Below are positions 53,194 through 64,000 of a DNA stretch of 64,000 nucleotides, piece by piece. Made by a program: the position numbers and the translations under genes. The stretch spans positions 40,547,203 through 40,611,202 of the forward strand of contig NC_068982.1 in the NCBI RefSeq assembly GCF_001194135.2, written 5' to 3'. Below the pieces are notes generated by a model. The model saw only the letters and a list, made by a program, of their open reading frames with translations. It made no database searches and had not been told where the DNA came from. How positions within the stretch are numbered: the stretch's first letter is position 1; every line of letters starts with the position of its first letter. Origin of the DNA: Octopus bimaculoides (taxonomy: Eukaryota).

Positions 53194-53196
<3 letters not shown>

Positions 53197-53369
53197 CGCA
53201 GGCCTGGCTGTGTAGTGAAGAGCTTGCTTCTCAACCACATGATTCTGGGTTCAGTCTCACTGCGTGGTACCTTGGGCAAGTGACTTCTACTATAGCCTCG
53301 GGCCGAGTAGAGCCATGTGAGTGAGTTTGGTAGGCGGAAACTGAAAGAAGCTTGTCGTATATAAATATG

Positions 53370-53402
<33 letters not shown>

Positions 53403-53580
53403 GCCCCACCTCGGCATCGCTTGACAACCGGTACTGGTGTGTTGATGTCCCCGTAACTAAGCTGTTCGACAAAAAAACCGATATTATAAGTCCTGTGGTC
53501 AATTTCTTCGACTAAAGCCTTTTAAGGCGTTGCTCCAACATAGCCACAATCAAGTGAGAGAAAGAAGTAAAAGGATAAAG
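53194..53580 (+). mobile_element. SINE family B with an internal (GTCT)n tract
   Basis: Matches 51729-52160. Confidence 0.85.
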
Positions 53581-53638
53581 AATATATATATATACATACA
53601 TGCACACACATACATACATACATACATACATACAAACA

Positions 53639-53672
<34 letters not shown>

Positions 53673-53796
53673 CATACATATATACATACATACCGCGCCC
53701 ACATGATATTTTGGCTAAAATATCTCAACTCCATGTACATCTATGCTTTGACCTGAAAGGGAAAATATGCACACATATAAACTACACTCTAGTATA

Positions 53797-53864
<68 letters not shown>

Positions 53865-53874
53865 NNNNNNNNNN

Positions 53875-53914
<40 letters not shown>

Positions 53915-54475
53915 TATGTCTATGCGTTATATATGCATTTTTATAAATATGTATTTTATGTGTATGGTAATGTGTCTATCAACTTGTTTGCGTTGTGTAA
54001 CCATATCTACTTTTGCATCTTTAAATATGCTGTATACACGCGTGAGTGTACGCATATGTATATATTTGCGCTTCCTCCGTAAATATGTCGGTACAAAAAT
54101 TAGTCAGAATGTACATCTCTACACATGTGTTATCTATGCATCACAGAACATACATCTTTAAATAAAACCGTGTTTATCTTCCTTATTTTCATATGTCACT
54201 TGAGTGTGTATAACATGTTTGTACGAGCGTTAATATTGTTTGTAATACAACTGTAATATTGTATGTACACAATTTTTACTGCATTTCTCTCTTCTTTCTC
54301 GCTCCCTCCATCTCTCTATCAACCAATGTATCTAACTATCTCGTGTCCTCTTATTCCCTCTATTTGCCAGTCAGTCTAAGTGTGTATCTGCCTTTACATC
54401 TATCTAGCAAAGTAACTATCGATGTGCAAATCTACTTCTATCTGCAACATGTCTAACCCCTCCGATCTGAGAAAC

Positions 54476-54507
<32 letters not shown>

Positions 54508-54654
54508 ACGAACGCTCATCCTTTATTCTATTGAGCCTTCCGCCGAACATACACACACGCTTATAGTAATCAATCTTTTTTATTTCTTGTTATACATAGA
54601 CACACACTCACTCACACACACACACACATACACACACAAAGTATAATTTATCAT

Positions 54655-54688
<34 letters not shown>

Positions 54689-54695
54689 TATACAC

Positions 54696-54737
<42 letters not shown>

Positions 54738-55422
54738 NNNNNNNNNNNNNNNNNNNNNNNNNNNNNNNNNNNNNNNNNNNNNNNNNNNNNNNNNNNNNNN
54801 NNNNNNNNNNNNNNNNNNNNNNNNNNNNNNNNNNNNNNNNNNNNNNNNNNNNNNNNNNNNNNNNNNNNNNNNNNNNNNNNNNNNNNNNNNNNNNNNNNNN
54901 NNNNNNNNNNNNNNNNNNNNNNNNNNNNNNNNNNNNNNNNNNNNNNNNNNNNNNNNNNNNNNNNNNNNNNNNNNNNNNNNNNNNNNNNNNNNNNNNNNNN
55001 NNNNNNNNNNNNNNNNNNNNNNNNNNNNNNNNNNNNNNNNNNNNNNNNNNNNNNNNNNNNNNNNNNNNNNNNNNNNNNNNNNNNNNNNNNNNNNNNNNNN
55101 NNNNNNNNNNNNNNNNNNNNNNNNNNNNNNNNNNNNNNNNNNNNNNNNNNNNNNNNNNNNNNNNNNNNNNNNNNNNNNNNNNNNNNNNNNNNNNNNNNNN
55201 NNNNNNNNNNNNNNNNNNNNNNNNNNNNNNNNNNNNNNNNNNNNNNNNNNNNNNNNNNNNNNNNNNNNNNNNNNNNNNNNNNNNNNNNNNNNNNNNNNNN
55301 NNNNNNNNNNNNNNNNNNNNNNNNNNNNNNNNNNNNNNNNNNNNNNNNNNNNNNNNNNNNNNNNNNNNNNNNNNNNNNNNNNNNNNNNNNNNNNNNNNNN
55401 NNNNNNNNNNNNNNNNNNNNNN

Positions 55423-55459
<37 letters not shown>

Positions 55460-55743
55460 TATAATATATATTAATATATGCTTGTATGTATCCATGTATG
55501 TATGTATGGTGTACGTACGTACGTACGTTATCACTTCTAGCCACAGGTGAAATTCCGAGCGTCTATGTTGTGAATGAATTATCGACTTTACTCAAGTAAA
55601 CAAATGAATTAACTCTATCACATGGTCTTCTGTTGCTATCCTGGTTGCATTATATTGTATGGCACTATATATATGCGCACGTGTGTATGCGCGTGTGTTG
55701 TGTGTGTGTGCGCGCGCGTACGAGTGTGCGTGCATGTGTCTGT

Positions 55744-55820
<77 letters not shown>

Positions 55821-56104
55821 TGCATACATACAGATGTATGCACTCGCCCGGAAAACGAAATTAGAAGAGAGAGAGAGAGAGAAAAAGACAGACAAATATG
55901 ATGTATATACATACATATATATGTTACATGTTTATGTATGTGTCTGTGTCTCTATGCGTATGTATGTATTTATGTATGAATCTATGTATGTATGTATATA
56001 TATGTGTGTAAGTATATATGTGCGTATATATATGTATATGCGTGTATACAGATAGATAGATAGATAGATAGATAGACAGATAGATAGATAGATAATTTCA
56101 TTTG

Positions 56105-56137
<33 letters not shown>

Positions 56138-56316
56138 TGAAAGTGTGCCTGCAAGAAATAATTCTTCATAGTTGCTTGCTTAATGAACTATATATATATA
56201 ATTTAAATACACATAAACATACATATACACACACACACACACACATATATAGCATATATATATATATAAACTTATGCATATACACATATACATATACGTA
56301 TATATGTATGCCTGCG

Positions 56317-56363
<47 letters not shown>

Positions 56364-56397
56364 GTATATGTATATCATTAGCCAGGTGATGACTTAC

Positions 56398-56495
56398 AAC
56401 CATACAATTGTTTCAATACATTCTTTCATTTCTTCACAGGTCTTTGAAAGACCACAAGAAAGCAAGAATGTATTGAAGTTCTTGAAAGGCATCAC
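56398..56495 (-). CDS. Candidate internal exon (VMPFKNFNTFLLSCGLSKTCEEMKECIETIVW), product unknown
   Basis: tttattaactag acceptor, GTT/gtaagt donor and a 98 nt open frame. A competing plus-strand terminal exon (56440-56499, followed by AATAAA) overlaps it. Confidence 0.3.
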
Positions 56496-56575
56496 CTAGT
56501 TAATAAATAGTAAATACTGGCTCTGTATCTGTAATGTACAGAATACATCCTTGAATTGTGGTCTTTTCGTTCCAT

Positions 56576-56666
<91 letters not shown>

Positions 56667-56698
56667 TTAGGCACACGTATATGTGTATGTAAGGATGA

Positions 56699-56729
<31 letters not shown>

Positions 56730-57194
56730 AAGAGAAGGAGAAAAAGAAAGATGGATGCGTAGATTTGTAAAAAGCACCTATTTGTTAGCCACGATCAACT
56801 GAAGGATCGTCCATGTGATCATACGAGCAGCTAGAAGTACAAGAAGAATCTAACCTCTTATTTTTGCACGGTGGTTTCAAACAAAAGAATGACATGCTGA
56901 ATAATGTAGTCTTAGATACGCAATGTATGGAAAGAAACGGCGTAGGTTTGATAATGTGCAATATGTTCGTAGCTGAAACAAAAGTTAAAGTTACTATGAT
57001 TTGTATTCGTCTTGATCTGATAAGATATAAAGTTTTAATAATCCAATATGAGCAGAACGTGCAAAGGTAGGTCCATTTCATCGGCACTGATACCAGTGAT
57101 GAATTGATTGAGTCGGTGGGGACTGAGTTAGAATAATGCGTACTATTTGTTCTGATCCTCTCTGCTCAGAGTCGAGTTCAAATACCTATTTCGT

Positions 57195-57590
57195 TATTGC
57201 CCACAAGGGGCTAAACATAGAGGGAACAAACAAGAACAGACGAACGGATTAAGTCGATTACATCGACCCCAGTGCGTAACTGGTACTTAATTTATCGACC
57301 CCGAAAGGATGAAAGGCAAAGTCGACCTCGGCGGAATTTGAACTCAGAACGTAACGGCAGACGAAATACCGCTAAGCATTTNNNNNNNNNNAGGGAACAA
57401 ACAAGAACAGACGAACGGATTAAGTCGATTACATCGACCCCAGTGCGTAACTGGTACTTAATTTATCGACCCCGAAAGGATGAAAGGCAAAGTCGACCTC
57501 GGCGGAATTTGAACTCAGAACGTAACGGCAGACGAAATACCGCTAAGCATTTCGCCCGGCGTGCTAACGATTCTGCCAGCTCGCCGCCTT
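57195..57590 (-). mobile_element. SINE family A, young copy duplicated across a 10 N gap
   Basis: 57221-57321 is repeated exactly after the gap, which is probably an assembly overlap. Confidence 0.9.
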
Positions 57591-58307
57591 CGAGTTCAAA
57601 TACCGACGAGGTCAACTTCGTCTCTCAAATTTTCGATGCCCATAAAAGTATTCGATAGAAGTATTAAACCAGAGCGTAGGGTTGGCGAAACTCTAAGTGG
57701 GGTGGATGAGATGTTTTGCAAACGTCTGCTCTAACTCTTCCCTTTCTGGCCGCAACGTTAACAATAACAGGAGGGCCAAGCTACACCCGTAATTCTTTTT
57801 TTTTTCTTATTTGATATGGGTATAGGTGGCGTGGAAAGGGAACATTTGTATGCATGGGCAGCTGCTACCTCGCGAGGCACACTCTAGCTATATCACTGTT
57901 AATATAAACGTTTTAAGTAAAGCAATTTCAAATCAGAATCGGAACTGGGTTATGCAAGGGAGATCACTGCTGTCTCATCACCATCATCACCATCGATGAA
58001 GACTTTAAAGTGACTCTTGATCAGTTAATTGCCATCACTTGACATCTTATGAAGGAATGAATACATCGGGAAATGTAGTCCTACATCAACTATGTCTGAA
58101 TAAAAAGATGGAAAGTCCAGATCCGAGCATTTCTGATCATAGGCCTACTCAATCGGAGTTAACTTAGAGTTAGAGACAGGTTCCAGTGAATTTAGACAAC
58201 AAACAGCAGTTGGTCACTTGGAGTTAAATATAAAGTGCTCCGAACCTACAAGGTTATCAAGAGAGAGAGAGAGGGAGACAGAGAGACAGAGAGACAGAGA
58301 CAGAGAC

Positions 58308-58344
<37 letters not shown>

Positions 58345-58385
58345 TGAGGAGACACACACGCGGACGGACGGACATACAGACTTAC

Positions 58386-58429
58386 AGAAATACATAAATT
58401 CCGGCAACCAGCAGCAGTCAACCACCGAG
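58386..58429 (-). CDS. Candidate 44 nt exon
   Basis: tataatttag acceptor and TCT/gtaagt donor. It is a GC-richer island between microsatellites, with two frames open. Confidence 0.25.
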
Positions 58430-58517
58430 CTAAATTATAACGTTAACACATACATATATCTAGATATTTATGCATACACACAAACACACACACACATGCA
58501 CACACACACACACACAT

Positions 58518-58555
<38 letters not shown>

Positions 58556-58565
58556 NNNNNNNNNN

Positions 58566-58630
<65 letters not shown>

Positions 58631-58834
58631 ATATTTAGATATACATATATATGTGTGTATATATACATATATGTATAATAAATAATAAATAAAATGACTA
58701 TCCCGAAATACAATATATGCGTACATACACAGATAGATATTTACATGTATAAATGTATATCAAAATACACAGAGAATCCACACATATGCATATATATGTG
58801 TGTGTGTGCGCGCGCGCGTGTGTATTTTTATGAA

Positions 58835-58869
<35 letters not shown>

Positions 58870-59076
58870 GAAGCCTTACCTTTTATTCTGAAACACATGT
58901 ATTTTGAGTTCTAACCACAGGTTGTTTGCATCGCAATGCCAAAACGAAATCATTATGTACGCGCGCGCGCGCATGTGGATGTCCTGTGCACATCTCTGTA
59001 CGTATATATATACCGTTGACCAAACACCATTCATCATTTTTTTTTCTCCGTGTTTTTCTCCTTGTTTTCTCCGTAT

Positions 59077-59113
59077 TCTTTCTGCTGAAGAGCGTAGCTC
59101 GAAACGTTAAAGA
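59077..59113 (+). ncRNA. Minimal type I hammerhead ribozyme-like motif in a Penelope-like repeat (59030-59190)
   Basis: TCTTT-CTGCTGA-A-GAGC gta GCTC-GAAAC-GTT-AAAGA. Stem I has 5 bp, stem II has 4 bp and stem III is palindromic (AACGTT). The core carries an A6-to-C change. Confidence 0.65.
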
Positions 59114-59209
59114 CTTTCTGTATTCCCGAGCGTCAAACTAATACATCCTTTTGTTGTTTACACCACCTGTCCTCGTCTGTTGTTTTTTTTCGTACATTCT
59201 CCCACATAT

Positions 59210-59254
<45 letters not shown>

Positions 59255-59627
59255 CACACACACACACACACTTGCGTGTGTGTACGTCAGGTATGTGCAA
59301 TGTATGTATGTTTTATGTTTGATATCAGTGATATTAACCTTTAACAGTAATGGGTCACTGTAGTAAATGAATTTACAATGTTTCACTTCGTTCCGCGATA
59401 GTGTAAGGAAAGGTTCTGGCCACATGTTTCAGTGAAAAGCATCGATACACTTACGTATCTGTCTGCGTATCCACCGATATATATATATATATCTTATTAG
59501 CCTAGTTGCCAGTTGGATGAGCCCCTTTATCGATACATCTCTCTCTCTCTCTCACTCTCTCTCACTCTCTCTCTCTCTCTCTCTCTCTTTGTCTCACTCT
59601 CTAACTATCTGTCTACATATCTATCAT

Positions 59628-59669
<42 letters not shown>

Positions 59670-59929
59670 AGTTAGTGTGTGTGCGATAAATTCTCTCGTT
59701 CTTTTGTTCTCTTCCACTTTTCTTTTTCTTTTCCTTATCTTTCACTTATTTGTATATGATAAACATTCGCCATGTCACCCCTATACATACATTTTCTTTC
59801 TCCCTCTTTCTCTCTCCGTCTCTCTCTCTCTCTCTCTCTCTCTCCCTCTCTCTCCCCTATGTATCTATGTTTCAATTTACTTACGTATCTACTTATATTT
59901 GTGTACACATTATATATATGTGTGTGATA

Positions 59930-60063
59930 AGTTGCTTCCTTGCCAGCCACAGGCTTCCGGGTTCAGTCCTACTGCGTGGCACATTGGGCAAGTGTCATCT
60001 GCTATAACCTCGGGCTGACCAAAGACTTGTGAGTGGATTTGGTAGACGGAAACTGAAAGAAAC

Positions 60064-60095
<32 letters not shown>

Positions 60096-60520
60096 GGTGT
60101 GTGTATAGATAGATAGATAGATACATACATACATATGTACATACATACATCCATACATACATACATACATACATACACACATACATACGTACGTACGTAC
60201 GTACATACATACATACATACATACATACATACATACATACATGCATACATACATATAAACATATGTATGTGTATATATATATAATTGTGTATGTCCTTGT
60301 GTCTGTGTTTGGCCTCCACCACCGCTTGATAACCGGTGCTGGTGTGTTTGCGTTCCCGTGACCTAACACTTCGGCAAAAGAGACCGATAGAATAAGTACC
60401 AGGCTTAATAAAAAAAATAAGTACTGGGGTCGATTCATTCGACTAAAAAATTTGTTCAAGATGGTGCACCAGCATGGCCACAATCTAATGACTGAAACAA
60501 GTAAAAGATAAGAAGTAAAA
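59930..60520 (+). mobile_element. SINE family B with an expanded internal microsatellite
   Basis: Head 59930-60065, (TA)/(CATA)n expansion, tail 60300-60520. Confidence 0.85.
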
Positions 60521-60850
60521 GTAGGTATATCTACACAGAGAGAGGGAGGGAGGAAGATAGAGAGAGAAAAGAAGGGTATGGCAGAGGCGAGACTGTGTGG
60601 TAAGAAGTGTGCTTCCCAATCACATGGTTCCAGATTCAGTCCGCCTAAGGCAAGTGTCTTCCACTATAACACCGGACCGACAGTCATTAGCTTATGTATG
60701 TATTAATATTATCTCAGTTTTAGAAAAACCTTTGACAGTGTAAATATGTTAATAGTTACCTTAGGTAGCAAAAATTACACAAAAAAAACAGGATATCACA
60801 CCCGTTTTATAGGTAGAGATACCAAGTTGAAGTGATGCATTTTGAGAAGA

Positions 60851-61650
60851 TATGAATAATAACAATAAATGGAGCAAAACGCATATAAATAAAAGTTCCT
60901 TTGGATCTATTTTAAAACGGGAGCACCAGTTTTCATTTATGTTTTATGTAGTGTTTTTGGTACCGAAAGACTTTCAAACTTCGTATACTTATCTATTTTG
61001 TGTTATAGAACAGAAAAAAATTTTTGTATTCGAATTTATTTCATGTAAAAAAATTATCTTATTTCGATAATTTCTACTAATCACTGACGTCTATTCAGTT
61101 GAAAACAGTTAGCGCTGTAACGGTGTATATCGTATTAATCCCCTAACCCTAACCCTAACCCTAACCCTAACTAGACTGTTAACCGTAACCGTAACCCTAA
61201 CCCTAACCCTAAAACTAACCCTAACTCTAGAATCCGGACTCTAAAATTGTTACACACATAGATACGCACAGCGTAATTAATTACACAGACAATATATGCG
61301 TATAAATTACGATTAAACCGGATGAAATATGTCACAGGGAATAACATTTTTATGACCGCCCAGCAGTAACTCTATTAAGCTGAATAGACGTCAGTGATTG
61401 GTTGGAATTACAGAAATACGACAACTTTAACATGGAATAACTTGCGAATTCCTTTTTTTTTTTTTTGTTAAGAAGATTAAGAGTAAAAGATGTTTTATAT
61501 GACACATTCTACCAGTGTCCCAAGTTTCAAAGTGTTTCGTTAGTGTTTCGTTAAGAAAATACTGGTGCCCCCGTTTTAAAATAGATCCGTTCCTTTTAAA
61601 AGAACTTTTATTTATATGCGTTTTGCACCATTTATTGTTATTATTCATAT
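60851..61650. mobile_element. ~800 bp foldback MITE-like element with an internal telomere-like tract
   Basis: 60851-60930 is the reverse complement of 61561-61650. An inner pair AATCACTGACGTCTATTCAG / CTGAATAGACGTCAGTGATT is also present. Termini are TA-rich. Confidence 0.75.
61140..61225 (-). repeat. Interstitial (TTAGGG)n-type tract, partly degenerate
   Basis: (CCCTAA)5, an interruption, then CCGTAA/CCCTAA units. Confidence 0.9.
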
Positions 61651-61765
61651 ATATATATATATTGTTATTATTCATATATATATATATATGGATGAATAGT
61701 TGACGGACATATAGCGGTACGTAAAACCGAATCAGAAAATCTCCAGTAAGACTTTTTTTATTGAT

Positions 61766-61815
61766 GTACCTGAAGAGACCCAGAACGGGTGGAAACATGT
61801 GTCGTACCCAATAAA
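61766..61815 (+). ncRNA. Type I hammerhead ribozyme-like motif followed by AATAAA
   Basis: GTAC-CTGAAGA-GACCC agaac GGGTG-GAAAC ATGT GTC-GTAC. The core and GUC site are intact; only the G10.1-C11.1 pair is broken (G at 61791). AATAAA lies at 61810. Confidence 0.7.
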
Positions 61816-62011
61816 ATATTTTACTCACTCCATAGAAAGAGAGAGGCAGAGGGAGGAATCGAACGCAGAATTTTGGGATAATGAAGCTAACTGAATAAAC
61901 ATTAGTTCATGTTGCTTTCACTATCAGTCAGATACTCCTACACACACACGCATATATATATATATGTATATATATATTTATATATGTATTATATATATAT
62001 GCATATATATA

Positions 62012-62375
62012 GTGGAGGCGCAATGCCCCAGTGGTTAGGGCAGCGGACTCGCGGTCGTAGGATTCTCAGACCGGGCGTTGTCAGCATTTATTGAACGAAA
62101 ATGCCTAAAACTCCGCGAAGCTCCGGCAGCGGGTGGTGGTGAACCCTGCTGTACTCTTTCACCACAAATTTCTCTCACTTCCTGTCTCTGTTGTACCTGT
62201 ATTTCAAAGGGCCAGCCTTGTCACGCTCTGTGTCACGCTGAATCTCCCCGTGAACTCCGTTAAGTGTACACGTGTCTGTGGAGTGCTCAGCCACTTGCAC
62301 GTTAATGTCACGAGCAAGCTGTTCCGTTGATCGCATCAACTGGAGCCCTCGTCGTCGTAACCAACGGAGTGCCAT
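62012..62375 (+). mobile_element. SINE family C, near full length
   Basis: tRNA-like head GGAGGCGCAATGCCCCAGTGGTTAGGGCAGCGGACTCGCGGTC. The body matches 1-293. Confidence 0.9.
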
Positions 62376-63562
62376 AAATATATATNNNNNNNNNNNNNNN
62401 NNNNNNNNNNNNNNNNNNNNNNNNNNNNNNNNNNNNNNNNNNNNNNNNNNNNNNNNNNNNNNNNNNNNNNNNNNNNNNNNNNNNNNNNNNNNNNNNNNNN
62501 NNNNNNNNNNNNNNNNNNNNNNNNNNNNNNNNNNNNNNNNNNNNNNNNNNNTATATATATATATATATATATGCACACAGAGATACACGCCCATAAAATC
62601 ACATAGATGCAATGACTCACTTCCTCAGCATCTGGCAATTTCTGGAAGAGGTGCTTTCTTACCCTTGCAGGTAGTCAAAAGCTCCTCACAAGTTTGAGTT
62701 TACGAACAAGCAAAAATTACCGAGTACTAGCTGATGACTATGTATTTGAAGCTCAAGATTTTTGATTTGCAACTCTGGGTTTCAGGTTATTCCTTTTTTA
62801 GGCGATAGAAAGAGGAAGGCATCATTGCAATATGTAAGCAAAATATTCAGAAAGACGTGGAAATATGATTAGTCGCAGCCATTTGATCGGTTGTTAAAAT
62901 CTTCGTGAAAATGCGTCACACTTTCATCTGTTCAATTTTCAAACGCATATGCAAAATTATGTGTTGCTTACACGTCATGAGCACCATATGTATAAAATAT
63001 ACACAAGCAAGAAAGGTAATTATTGTTAATATTTTTTCGGACCATACTCCTTAGTAAAGAAAATCTGTTTGTGGGAAATAAACTATTTTAGCCATTTGGT
63101 AGTTTGTTATTCCTCAATAAGCTAGTGAAGTGTCTGCAAGAATCCATGGATATCGATCATGTGTTCAAAAATTCAAAAGATTTCTCTGTTTGACAAAGAT
63201 GACATTTTCTGCTACCATTAAGGTAAGAGAATGTGTGTTCTATAAGAGATTAATCAATTCTGCAATTGTTAATATTAGCATACTTAAAACTTTTGATATA
63301 TTTGGATAGTGAAGTAGTGAGACGTCTTCATTTGTATCTGTAAGTTAACATCTGTTGCAAGAAAATTTTTCAGGGGAGTTTTACAGCAAACTCTGCATAG
63401 GTTTTTGGTTCGCTGTTATTTACAGGGAGACCATAGCTCGATAAACTAACGTTAAGAAAGAAGCACAACGTTGAGAGGGGAAATATTAACGCTGCTTTAA
63501 TTATGTACAGATGAGCTTTTTGTGTTTGTAACAAAAAGTTGTTTTTTTTTCATTTTATACAG

Positions 63563-63668
63563 GCTGTAGAATCAGCTTGACTTTTAATGCAACGGTTACT
63601 TACTTTAACCTTATTGCTATTAAAAAATTTTATATCTGTGGCCTGTGAGAAGATACTTCGTTATGAAG
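63563..63668 (+). CDS. Candidate first coding exon with a signal-peptide-like sequence (MQRLLTLTLLLLKNFISVACEKILRYE)
   Basis: Strong T-rich acceptor ttttatacag, ATG at 63587 and a phase-1 donor GAAG/gttaga. It overlaps a competing minus-strand 39 nt exon. Confidence 0.2.
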
Positions 63669-63896
63669 GTTAGAAGAATCTTGGCAACATTGAAATGAAC
63701 TCTTTAACAACAGGTAGGATTATACAATGCAATATCAATTTGTTTAGTTTTGCATTTGTTAGTATTAATGAAGCCAGTCTTCTAATGCGCTATTACAAGC
63801 GCATTTAAAAAAAAGAAAGAGGTGTATATTTCCAAGATTCTTCATCAAAAGATAAGCTGGTTTTATGTTTATTAACGTTATAAAAGTTTTAAATAT

Positions 63897-63951
<55 letters not shown>

Positions 63952-64000
63952 AGATGTTCCTGATAGTTAAGGTTATGCAATGAGAGAGAAGATAAATGAT

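Noticed and set aside
53694-53752. Minus-strand 59 nt segment with a strong acceptor and donor
   Set aside because: All three frames contain stops and the donor is supplied by a microsatellite edge; at most it is a terminal or non-coding exon.
57221-57432. Exact 100 bp direct repeat
   Set aside because: The copies flank a 10 N gap and are identical, which indicates unmerged contig overlap.
61140-61225. True chromosome end
   Set aside because: The tract is short, degenerate and embedded inside an inverted-repeat element.
62012-62090. tRNA genes at SINE heads
   Set aside because: A/B-box-like motifs are present, but no complete cloverleaf forms and the sequence continues into the SINE body.

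Overview
This is AT-rich, repeat-dense eukaryotic DNA. About 12% is N gaps, mostly flanked by (TA)n or (GT)n microsatellites. The SINE families and microsatellite load suggest an octopod cephalopod short-read assembly; this is inference, not a database result. No host gene could be identified with confidence, only candidate short exons. Recognisable content: four tRNA-type SINE families with more than 30 copies, two decayed Tc1/mariner transposases (DD34D and DD37D-like) and LINE remnants (CR1/L2-like and R4/Dong-like). It also holds a gag-like zinc-knuckle ORF1 with no ORF2 behind it, an isolated diverged 18S rRNA fragment, a Helentron-type HINE, two long foldback elements (one with an internal TTAGGG tract) and a 2.4 kb CAT/CGT trinucleotide field. 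The most interesting signal is six dispersed minimal type I hammerhead-ribozyme-like motifs, each carrying one or more core defects. One lies in a ~300 bp unit whose adjacent inverted partial copy shows a tail-to-head junction, as expected for Penelope-like or retrozyme-type elements. All alignments were done by eye, so repeat boundaries are approximate.
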